From NCBI RefSeq assembly GCF_039654945.1, contig NW_027361806.1, forward strand, positions 3,968,001 through 4,032,000: a DNA stretch of 64,000 nt. Direction: 5' to 3'. Position numbers and translations under genes: made by a program. The notes beneath the pieces were generated by a model. The model worked only from the letters and a program-made list of their open reading frames with translations. It searched no databases and was not told the DNA's origin. This DNA is from Dendrobates tinctorius (taxonomy: Eukaryota). Shown here piece by piece: positions 35,001 through 47,000 of this stretch; within the stretch, counting starts at the first letter, position 1; each line of letters starts with the position of its first letter.

Positions 35001-38000
35001 ATTGTAGCAATCCAATTCAGCCTGACGCCGTCCAGGAGCCATCTTCGGCCCCAGGTGAGAGTGAGCCCCCCATGCCTGGCTGGGCCTCCTCGCTATCTCA
35101 ATCAGTGGCAGACCTCACCAGGGTGTCTCAGTCCCTGGTGGCCGTTCTTGATAAGTTGCCCCTGGACTCTTCAGCAGGGCCAAGCAGGTCCCAAATTGTT
35201 CCATCTGAATCAGCCAGCGGTAGTCGCAAAAGACCCAGGCAAGATTCCCAGCCGGAATCCTCTCCTAGTCCCATCTCACTGCATAGCCCTTCTCACCAGC
35301 CTCCCTCTCGGGCCTCCTCTCCCGAGTCAGGGGAAGCGCTTTCGGACAGGTCATCTGAGGGGATTTTAGAGCTGGATTCAGACCAGGATGCAAGCATGAA
35401 GGTCACAGTGCAGGACCTCATTGCTGCGATCCATCATACCTTCGATATTGCTGACTCCCCTGCGAAATCCTCAGATCAGGAGGTTTCGTTCAGACGGGCA
35501 GAAACTCCCTCCAGGGTTTTTCCTTTCCATTCCCAGTTTGGGAAAATTTTTACCAAGGAAAGAGAGGATCCGACCAGACGCTTTCAAAGAGGAAAACGTC
35601 TCGGCATACTCTACCCATTTGCTAAAGAGCTCACGGACAACTGGTCGGCCTCTCCCTCAGTCGATCCGCCCGTGTCCAGGCTATCCAATAACACGGTTCT
35701 CCCGCTTTCAGGCGTGGCGTCCCTAAAGGATTCTAATGACAGGATTGTAGAATCCCTGGCGAAGTCTGCCTTTGAAGCGGCTTCAGCGGCGGTGTGTCCA
35801 ATCTTTGCTTCATCCTGGACAGCAAAGACCATAACCACGTGGGCAGACGACCTTCGGCAGGGCATCTTAGATAAGGCGCAACCGGAGTATTTGGCCAATC
35901 TCGCCAATCAGATCTCCCATGCTGGGGACTATCTTCTCTCCGCTTCCTTGGATGCTGCATCCTGTGCAGTTCAGGCGTCAAGCAACGTTATTGCAATTCG
36001 ACGTACAATTTGGCTAAAGGCATGGCAAGCGGACTTGTCTTCAAAAAAGTCCCTCACTAACCTGCCCTTTCAGGGGGTGCGCCTCTTTGGGTCCCAATTG
36101 GACCAGATTATTAAGGACGCCACCGGAGGCACGAGTTCACTCCTCCCTCAGTCCAAGCCTCGCAGACCCCCACTAAGGCGTCAGTTTCGACCCTTTCGGA
36201 CTTTCCGCCGTTTCAATACGGCGGACAACTCCTCCAGCCAACAGAGACCGCAGGCTCGCCAGGAGAGAAAGAAAGTTTCCTTCAGACCCACTCCTTCCTG
36301 GCGACCCCACTCCTCCCAGGGCAGACCGTTCAGATCTAGATCTGGACGGTCTACTTCAGCATGACTATCATCGGGCACGCGAGGGGCCTTTCCAATTGGG
36401 AGGTCGACTTCTTTCCTTCAGGGACGTTTGGCTGGCCGCCGTGGAGGACGCCTGGGTCAGGGAGGTTGTATCCTCAGGATACAAGATAGAGTTTGTCTCT
36501 CTCCCACGGGATCGTTTCTTCGAATCCCGGCCTCCAAAGGATCCAGCCTTGATCCCGGGGTTCTCTACAGCTATCGCTGCTCTCCTCAGTTCCGGGGTGA
36601 TTGTGCCCGTTCCCGAATCGGAGCGCTTCACGGGGTTCTACTCGAACCTGTTTGTAGTGCCGAAAAAAGACGGCGCAGTTCGACCCATCTTGGATCTCAA
36701 GCTGCTCAACAAGAGGGTCCGCCTTCGCCACTTCCGCATGGAGTCGCTTCACTCGGTCATCGCCTCCATGGAGGAGCAGGAGTTCATGTGCTCAATAGAC
36801 ATCCAAGATGCCTATTTACATGTTCCAATTTTCTCCGGACATCAAAAGTTCCTGCGCTTTGCGATTCGACAGCACCACTACCAGTTTGTCGCACTGCCCT
36901 TCGGTCTTGCCACCGCTCCCAGAGTCTTCACGAAGATCATGGCTGCGTTGATGGCTTTGTTGAGAGTCAGAGGCCTCGTTCTTTTCCCGTACCTAGACGA
37001 TATTCTGATCAAGGCTCCCTCATTCCAACAGGCTCACCAAAGTTTGTCAATCGTCCTGGACACTCTTTCCAATTTCGGGTGGATCGTCAACAGGAAAAAG
37101 TCCTGTCTGGTTCCTACCCAACGCCTGGTCTTTCTAGGTCTTCTGTTCGACACTCGTCGGTCAAGGGTCTTTCTCCCACAAGAAAAGATTCTCTCTCTCT
37201 GCAGCAGGAAGTACGATCGCTGCAGACCTCGCGATTCCCATCCCTCCGTACAGCCATGAGGGTCCTGGGAAAGATGGTCGCGGCGATAGAGGCAGTTCCC
37301 TTTGCCCAATTTCACGCCAGGCCTCTCCAGCAGGCCATTCTGTCGAAGTGGAACAGGTCGCCTCGGTCCCTGGATCGCCCTGTCCATCTTTCTTACCGGA
37401 TCAAGCGGTCTCTCAACTGGTGGTTGTCGTCACCTCTCATTCTATCGGGTCGATCCTTCCTTCCCATTCACTGGCAGATAGTAACCACAGATGCCAGTCT
37501 CCTCGGTTGGGGTGCTGTGTTCCGCAACCACACTGTTCAGGGTCGATGGTCGGATCGGGAATCAGCGCTACCAATCAACGTTCTGGAGATTCGAGCGATC
37601 CATCTTGCTCTGGTCCACTGGGAAAGGCTCCTCAAGGGACTGCCGGTACGGATTCAGACAGACAACGCCACAGCGGTGGCATATGTCATCCGCCAAGGGG
37701 GAACACGGAGTGTTTCAGCCCTGGTGGAGGTGTCCAAGATTCTTCGTTGGGCGGAGATTTCTGTTCCGACAATTTCCGCGGTTCACATTCCCGGCGTAGA
37801 CAACTGGGCCGCCGATTTTCTCAGCCGCGAGGGTCTCGCGGCGGGAGAATGGTCCCTACATCCGGAAGTGTTTCATCTGCTCTGCCTTCGGTGGGGAACC
37901 CCGGATGTAGACCTCATGGCGTCTCGCCTCAACAGGAAAGTCCCACAATTCGTGTCCAGGTCTCGGGACCCTCTGGCAGTGGGCGCCGACGCCCTGGCCG

Positions 38001-41000
38001 TTCCTTGGTCCCAGTTCGAACTTCCCTACCTGTTCCCTCCTCTGCCTCTTCTTCCCAAGCTGTTGAAGAAGATCAAGGCAGAAGGACTTCCGGTCATTCT
38101 CATCGCCCCGAATTGGCCCAGAAGGTCTTGGTTCGCGGACATTGTCAACCTTCTCGCGGACGCCCCCTGGAAGCTTCCAGACAGAACAGATCTGCTGTCT
38201 CAGGGTCCGATTTGCCACCCCAATTCTCGGCCGCTCAATTTAACGGCGTGGCTGTTGAGACCGAGGTTCTGAAACGAGCAGGATTTTCCGACCACGTAAT
38301 TCAGACCATGATCCGAGCCAGAAAGCCATCATCTTCCAAGATTTACTACCGTACTTGGAAGGCCTATTTCACTTGGTGTGAGACCAATGACGTCGCGCCC
38401 ATGTCCTTTTCGCTCCCTTCAGTCCTAGCGTTTCTTCAGGCAGGATTGGATGCGGGGCTTGCCCTCAGTTCCCTGAAGGGTCAAGTTTCGGCGCTGTCCA
38501 TTCTGTTTCAGAAAACGTTGGCTTCCCGTCCTCAGGTTAAGACCTTTCTTCAGGGCGTGGCTCACACGGTCCCGCCGTACCGGGCGCCCGTGGATCCATG
38601 GGATCTTAATCTGGTTCTTGAGGTTCTGCAAGGTCCGCCCTTTGAACCCCTCAGGGATATTTCCCTTTCTCTCCTTTCTTGGAAGGTAGCCTTTCTGGTG
38701 GCCATCACCTCCGTCCGGCGCGTGTCGGAATTGGCAGCTCTTTCGTGCCGCTCTCCCTTTCTGGTTCTCCACCAGGATAAGGTAGTTCTGCGGCCTCCGC
38801 CCTCGTTTCTTCCGAAGGTGGTGTCCTCGTTTCACCTCAACGAGGATATCGTGCTACCGTCCCTTTGTCCGAATCCAACTCATCCCCGAGAGCGGTCCTT
38901 GAACAAGCTGGACCTGGTTAGGGCGGTAAGAGTCTATCTGTCTAGGACGACTTCCCTGCGAAAGACAGAGTCTCTTTTCATTATCCCTGATGGAGCGCGG
39001 AAAGGTCACCCGGCGTCAAAAGCCACCATTGCTCGCTGGATCAGATCGGCTATCCTGGAAGCCTACCGTGTTAAGCGTCGCGGAGCCCCTCCGAGTATCA
39101 GGGCCCACTCTACTCGAGCAGTGGGTGCCTCCTGGGCGGTGCGCCACAGAGCTTCCGCACTGCAGCTTTGCAAAGCTGCAACATGGTCATCGGTTCACAC
39201 GTTTGTGAAATTCTACAGAGTCCACACCTACGCTTCGGCGGACGCCAGCCTAGGTAGACTGATTCTGCAGGCAGCGGTGGTGAGTCCGCTGGCCTGATGG
39301 AAGTTTGTTTCCCACCCCAGGGACTGCTTTGGGACGTCCCAAGGTCTCTGTGTCCCCCAATAAGGCGAACGAGAAAACAGGATTTTTGGGTTGCTTACCG
39401 TAAAATCTGTTTCTCGGAGCCTTCATTGGGGGACACAGCACCCTCCCATGTTTTACAGCTCCTGTTCTTACTTTGGTTGAATGGTTACAGTTGAGTTGTT
39501 TATGTTGTCAACCTATTCTGTTACTTCTCCTACTGCTTTCTCACTAACTGAGGAATTCTCTGCCGGTCGGTGGGGTGTACACTGCGGAGGAGGAGCTAAT
39601 TTTTTTTTGTGCATAGTGTCAGCCTCCTAGTGGCAGCAGCATACACCCAAGGTCTCTGTGTCCCCCAATGAAGGCTCCGAGAAACAGATTTTACGGTAAG
39701 CAACCCAAAAATCCTGTTTTTTCCAAGTTGGATTATTACTGCATGCCCAGCTGAAGAGTTTTAGATCAGGGCACATTATCATTTTTTGGAAGGAAACAAG
39801 AATGTTCTCATTTACTGACAGCAAGTAGAGTTCTGGGGAAAAAAAAGAGAGAGAAATTGAAACTCAGTCTCTTGGTATGCACCAATGTGTTTGTCTTCCT
39901 TTATTGCAGGAACTGAGTGGGCTGGGATCCCGGAGAAGTTTACTGAACCAGTAAGTGACGTGTCTTGGACATTTAACCTGTGAGAGGTGATATTCTCTAA
40001 AATACAGAAAAATTTCCAGTAAATATCAAACTGCTCCATATTAGATGAAAGGGATAGTCCTCTTTATCCAGCCTCCAAATTGTTCACACCTCCATGCAGG
40101 ACAAGTCCCTCTGGCTAAATGAACTCTTATATGTGAAAGGCAAATCTGATAAATATAACTTGGTGTTGATTTCTTGTAGGTGTGTTGAGGAGCGATATAA
40201 AGCAATATGCCTGGCTGCACGAACACGATCCATACTGTCTCTGGGGATTGCCTGCTTCAAAACTCTCCCAGAAAAGGTAAAACGTCCCAGCAGCACAGAG
40301 TATTATAGGAGAGGAGTGGGCAGATCTTTTGAGAGTTACATAGTGAAAGGAGCAGGGTTCCCAGCAGCACAGAGAGTTTCAGGAGAGAAGTATGCTGATC
40401 TTGTGGAAGTTTACAGGCCGAGGGAAAAAAATAAGAACGGGATCACCAGCAGCACAGAGTATTTTAGGTGAGAAGAGCGATGTTCTTAGAAGTAATATCA
40501 TGAGATGAACTAGGTTCCCAGCAGTTCCTCATTCAAGGGATGAGTGTGCTGATGTTTTGGGAAGTTGCATACTGAGGATAACTTAGGGAATTGAGCAGGA
40601 ACCACAGCAGCACAGAATATTTTAGGAGAGTAGTGTTCTGATGTTTTACCATTTCATACAAATGGGCACTGAAGATAATGAAGTTGACCGCAGTTTATAT
40701 TTTGGGGTCTGAATTAAAGCTTAGGGCCACATTCACACGTTCAATATTTGGTCAGTGTTTTACATCAGTATTTGTAGCCATAACCAGGAGTGGAACAATC
40801 AGAGGAAAAGTATAATGGAAACACGTCACCACTTCTGTATTTTTCACTCACTCCTGGTTTTTGGCTTACAAATTCTGATGTAAAATACAGAACATATGAA
40901 TGTGGCCTAAGAGAGAGAGAGAGAGTCTGCCTAGGGGACTGGTCGAGAGTTGCCTTTGATTATTGGGTCTTAATTTGTATAATATAGGGGTGTGAATACC

Positions 41001-44000
41001 CAGCAGCACAGAGTATTTCTAAAGAGAAGTGTTTTGACTGAAAGTCACTTAGTGGAAGAGAAATCTGCACAGAGGATTTCAGTTATTATGTAAGATTGTG
41101 TTGCAATTGTTGTTGTGCATGTTGACACCATTGCTCTACTATACAGGGGGAGGACACATACCTGTCTCAGACCTACAACCTGACCCTGCTGTGTATGGAG
41201 GATTACACAATAGAACCTCAGTCTGTCCAGTTCCTTGTCCAGCACGGCTTTGACTTCAATAAGCAATATTCCCAGGGGATCCCTTACTACAAGGGCAACG
41301 ACAGGGTAACCCTTTATACCAGTGTCCTTCTACATTAGAATGCAGACCAATGATAGATCACTTTTTTTAAGTTATTCTAACATTTCTTTGCTGATAAATT
41401 TAATTTTCATAGGAATTGGAGCTTACATTTTCTGTTACAGAACTTCAAATGCCCTGCATAGACAGGTGTGTCATTATTTACACTGCCTGTAGCCATCACT
41501 AGGGGGAGGTCCCTGTTTACAGAGCTACATTCGATTCTGTCTGTAGCCACCACTAAGGGGTGCTCCCTGTATACAGAGATACATTAGATTCTGGCTGGGG
41601 CCACCACAGAAGGAGCTACATGGTACAGTCAGATTGAGTTCAATAGGATGTGCCGTATATAAATCTGTGTGCAGAGAGCCCCCCCCCCCCCCCCCAGTGA
41701 TGGATGCTGGCAAAATCTTATTGTTACCACCGCTGCTGCCCGGGTCCCTGCTGCTGCCGGCGCCTCCGCTGCCACCGCCGCTGCCCAGGTCCCTGTCGCG
41801 AATAGCACGGCTCCGACTCCTGTGGAGGAGGTGTGCTATTCACAGCAGGGACCCGGGCAGTGGTGGTGACAGCGGAGGTAACAGTTATCATGTATCTCTA
41901 TATACAGGATTTTCGCCCATTGTGGTGACTGCAGAACAGAATCTTCTCATGTATCTTTGTATACAGGGAGCTCCCCCTAGTGGTGGCTGCAGACAGGAAC
42001 GTATTGTGTATCTCTGTATACAGGGAGCTCCCTCTAGTGGTGGCTGGAGGCAGACAAAACTGTGTCTTGTAGCTCTATCTGTGCTGGGGATATCCGATAT
42101 ATTGTGCTTACATATATAATTCTGGTCTTACAGATAAGACATTTATTGCGCTAAAGTCAATTATAATGTATAAAACCATTGATAAGAGGGTAACTGCTTT
42201 CCAATGTTGTCATCCATGTGAAGTATATAAACATTTTTACTCATTTCCTTTCTGTTCAGGAGGATGATCATCATCTCCAGAGCGTCCGCACTCTCTTCCT
42301 TGAGCTTCTCCAGGCCCGAAAGCCGCTTGTCCTGCATAATGGCCTCATAGACTTGGCTTTCCTGTATCAGTGCTTCTATGCTCATCTCCCCGACAAAATG
42401 GTGAACTTTATCGCAGACCTGTCAGAAATGTTCCCGGCCGGAGTCTATGACACTAAATACGCCTCTGAGTTTGAGGCTCGCTTTACGGCTTCTTATCTGG
42501 AATACGCTTATAAAAAATGGTGAGTGCAGGTTTGATCCTGTAATCCAGAATTCTGATAGTCCTGATGTCCTGTCGGATAATAGGGAATTTTTCCACTATA
42601 ATAGGTAATTTATTTTTAGAAGATATATCTGGGTCTTTCTGTTTCTGATTTTTAGTTATGTTTTATAAGTAAAATATAATTAACAGTCAGTTGCTCTAGT
42701 TTCAAGATTCCTACTTGTTGTCATTGAATCGAAACATTCCTGAATGAATAAACTGGTGCTGAAAACCTGTCCTGACGTTCTGCTCACTGATGAGATGAGG
42801 GTTTGTTACAATGTATCAGTACAGGTAAAAGGTGAAGTCCAGCTGTGTTTTAGCTGACAGAGGATCGTTTACACCAGGGTTTCCCAACTCCAGTCCTCAA
42901 GGCACACCAACAGATCATGTTTTCAGGATTTCCTTTGTATTGCACAGGTGAAGCAATTATCACCTGAGCAATACTAAGGAAATCCTGAAAACATGATCTG
43001 TTGGTGTGCCTTGAGGACTGGAGTTGGGAAACCCTGGTTTACACTGTTACATTGAAACAAAATTCTCAGCAGCGAGAGCAGGTTTAGGTCCTTGTTAGGA
43101 TGAGTATTTTTTTGGCACTTTGCATAGAACCACATCAATCCATTTTTGAAGTTTTTGGGGTCTGGAGTGATAACACTTTCCATTCACCCACTGAGCTGAT
43201 AGTCGCCCCTCTGGGCCAGCACAGCAGATCCTATTCGGTTTCTTACATGTTCTGTAAGTGAACTAATTTGTTGTTCATTTCCCTTCCAGTAAACGTGACA
43301 ACGGCAGACTGATGGACTCCAGCAGCGGGCACTTGGACGTAGAGTTCTGTCACTACCCGGCCGCCATGACTGCGTATGTAGATTACCGCGTGTGCTCCCT
43401 ACCGGATCCAGTAGCATCAAATTCTGGCATCGACACTCCTCACGTCTGTGATAGGTTTTCCGTAAGTCCATTGATAGAAACCATCCTAAAGGGTCATTCC
43501 AATCTTTATAGATGGATATTGTCGGGTTATTCTTGTAAAAACAAGCACTTTTTCAACGTACTGTTTATTAAAAGTAGCAGCCGTTCTTGAGTTATTGACA
43601 GTTTACGTCTTGTCTAGGAGACCGACCACCGCTGCTGTCCAGCTTGTGAAGCTGCCCGGGATTAGGTGCACTCCACTGATCCCAGCCACCTACCAAACCA
43701 GTTCTTTACAAGCTCAATAAACAAGAGCTTGTGAGAACTGTGCAATTTCTACTGTTTAGCAGCAGTGGTCGGTCTCCAAGGCAACAAGCTGTAAACAAAA
43801 TTATTTTTATCTCAATAATGCCTGAAAATTTTAATAAGCAGTAAATTGTAAAATTACTTATATTTACAAGCACAACTAAACTGCTCATTTATGAATTTAT
43901 CTTTGTACGTGCTCCGTTGTTTGCTGTCATGGAATTTATTTCAGGCTAGAAGCTAAAACGACTGTTGAAATCCGCCGATATTGACTGGTTCGGCCAACAA

Positions 44001-47000
44001 TTTATTTTCATTTATGTAGTTTATGCGCTTATTACACTACATAAAACATTACTTATAACTTATAATTATTAAACTAGAAAAATAAAAGATAAAATAGTAG
44101 AAATAATATAGTTGATTGCTGTGGACAAATTGGTGAACAATACGTGGTAGAGTGAAAAATACTGCTGCTTGTTGGCACCCTGCAAAGCGCAAATGGCGCC
44201 CCTGCTCAATGTAGACTCGCCCTATATGTATAGAGTCACTCGATAACCACTAGTTAATAAAGATAACTAATCACATTACCAACATCACTGCTCCAATTAC
44301 TGTATACAGTGGTATGTAAAAGTTTGGGCACCCCTTGTCAAAATTTGGTTATTGTGAACAGTTAAGCAAGTTGAAGGTGAAATATCTCTAAAAGGCCTAA
44401 AGTTAGATGACAAAGTTCCTTTGTATTTCAGGCCAAAAAAATTATATTGTCATTTTTTTTACATTTTAAAAATTACAAAAAGGAAGAGGCCAATGCCTAT
44501 TAACTTTGACTAAGATTTCAGACCTTAATTAGCCTGTTAAGGTTATGGCTTGTTCACTATCACCGTTAGGAAAGGTCAGGTGACGTAAATTGCCCAGCTT
44601 TATAAAAACCCAGCCTCCTTTAACCTTGTACCAAAAACGGCAGTCATGGGTTCTAGGCAGCTGCCTAGCACTCTGAAAATGATGGAGGCCCACAAAGCAG
44701 AAGGCTATAAGAAGATAACAAAGTTTTTTACAAGTTGCCCTTTCCTCAGTTAGAAATGTAATTTAGAGATGGCAGTTAACAGGAACAGTGGAGGTCAAGA
44801 TAAGTCTGGAAGACTAAGCAAAACTTCAGTGAGCGATGCTTGTAGGATTGCTAGAGAGGCAAATCAGAACCCCCGCTTGAATGAAAAAGACCTTCAGAAA
44901 GATTTAGCAGACTCTGGAGTTGTTGCTCATTTTTCTACTGTTCAGACACCTGCAAAAATATGAATTTGACAGGAGTCTTCAGAAGAAAACCTCTCCTGTG
45001 TCCTTACCATGAAATTCAGCAGTGGGAGTATGCAAAAGAACATCTAAACAAGCCTGATGCATTTTGGAAACGAGTCATGTGGACCGATGAGGTTAGAAGT
45101 TTTTGGCCACAGTGATCAAATGTGTGTAGAGGGGGGAAAAAAGGGCACAGAATTTCAGGAAAAGAGCGTCTCTCCAACTATTAAGCATGGGGGGGGGGAA
45201 TCAATCATGCTTTGGGGTTGTGTTGTAGCCAATGGCACAGGTAACATTTCATGGATAGAGGGAAGAATGGATTCAATGAAATTTCATAAAATTCTTGATG
45301 CAAACATAACACCAGCTGTAAGAAACCTGAAGGTAAAAAGAGGATGACTTTTACAAATGGATAATGATCCCAAACACACAACTAAATCTACAGTAGACGA
45401 CCTCAAAAGGTGAAAGCTGAAGGTTTTACAATGGCCCTCACAGTCCTCATCTGAACATCATTGAAAATCTGCGGCTAGATCTCAAAATAGCAGAGGATGG
45501 AAGACGACCGAGGAATCTCACAGAACTGGAGGAATTCTCCAAGGAAGAATGGATGAAAATCCCTCAAACAAGAATTGAAAGAGGCTTGTCTGGCTACAAA
45601 AAGTGTTTACAAGCTGTGATACTTTTTGCCCAAAATTTTGCATCAGCCAGCCATTTTCCTTTTTGTTATTTCTAAAATGTACAAGATTTTTTTTTTTTTT
45701 TTCCTAAAATACAAAGGAAATCTGTCATCTTTAACTTTAGGCCTTTTAGAGATCATTTCATCTTCAACTTGCTTAACTGTTCACAATAACAGTAATATTG
45801 ACCAGGTGGTGTGCAAACTTTTATACACCACTGTATAGGCCAGTGGTTCCCAAACTCCAGTCCTCGTGGACCCCAACAGGTCATGTTTTCAGGATTTCCT
45901 TAGTATTTCACAGGTGATGGAAGTATCATCAAGGCATCAGGAATTCTCTCACATGTGTGACACTATGGAAAACCTGAAAACATGACCTGTTGGGGTCCGC
46001 GAGGACTGGAGTTTGGGAACCACTGGTATAGGCCAAAAACCACCCTATTGAAGGCCCCGGGTGCAGCAATAAAGTGGATTAAAAATTGCCCCCACAAGCA
46101 GGGGTGTTACATAAAAGCTTATACTCATAGGCCTGAAGTGTGTCATTAGAGACGCACTAATATTCAGTTTTCCATCATTCTGAGCAATATCACATTACAC
46201 ACTAAATACGGATACTTAGCTTTTAGATGTGACCCTGGCTGCTCCTATACAGTGATGAGGTGCTCCGGCTTATGTGCGGCCATGGTGTCCAGAAGGTTGC
46301 TAGAGGTGAATATGGCGTCATGCTACAGGTGTCAGGATACTGCCCGCCGTGCAGCAAGCAAAGAGACAGTGGCTCCAGAAATATTGCAGGAGCGGTGAGT
46401 CGCTGCTGGAAGCATTTGCTCTCCAGCTGAATTGCGCAGGAAATGTGCCACTCTATTGTGAAATGGCGCTGGCTGGACGCGATGTTGGAACTCGCTTGCG
46501 TTCTAACTGTATTGCGCATTCAACTATAGTGATGTAATACTGTGTGGCTGGAGTTTGCTGCCGGCCCGTAGAGCCTTTATGCGCTCCAGCCAGTGGCCCA
46601 TGCATAGTCAAGGAGAGAGAACCTCGTTCCAGCCAAAATATAATACTTTAGTACAGGGGTCCCCAACCTGTAGCTCGGGAGCCACATGTGGCTCCCAATC
46701 CCATGAATTGTGGCTCGCGGGTGTCTGCCAGCTTGGTGCATTAGCTCCAGGTCTAGGAAACGGGTCTGAAGAGCAAATCTCAAAGTGGTGAATTTTGTGG
46801 GTAGCCCTGCACAGAAGAGCAGATCTGGATGCACAGACACTGGTCTTGGGGGTTTAGAGATAATTTGAGAATGGTAGGCTGGAGACGGGATGATACTACC
46901 TGTAGGAGGAGACGCTAGAAGCTGGATGTAACAGTGTGTTGGGAGAAAACTGAATGTTGGTATTGGGGGAACCCTTGGATCTTGGTATTTTGCTGCGGGA

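Larger units (their letters stand above)
33683..39719 (+). mobile_element. DIRS1-type tyrosine-recombinase retrotransposon, full length, in a TOE1 intron
   Basis: Left ITR ~33683-33824 and right ITR ~39544-39719 are identical over the shared part apart from small indels. Internal complementary region ~39338-39438 matches both outer ends. TTT termini, no TSD. gag, RT/RNase H/MT and YR ORFs present. Confidence 0.96.

Noticed and set aside
41634-42119. 161-aa Pro/Leu-rich ORF in a TOE1 intron
   Set aside because: Low-complexity repeat-derived sequence, and the TOE1 exon phases close without it.
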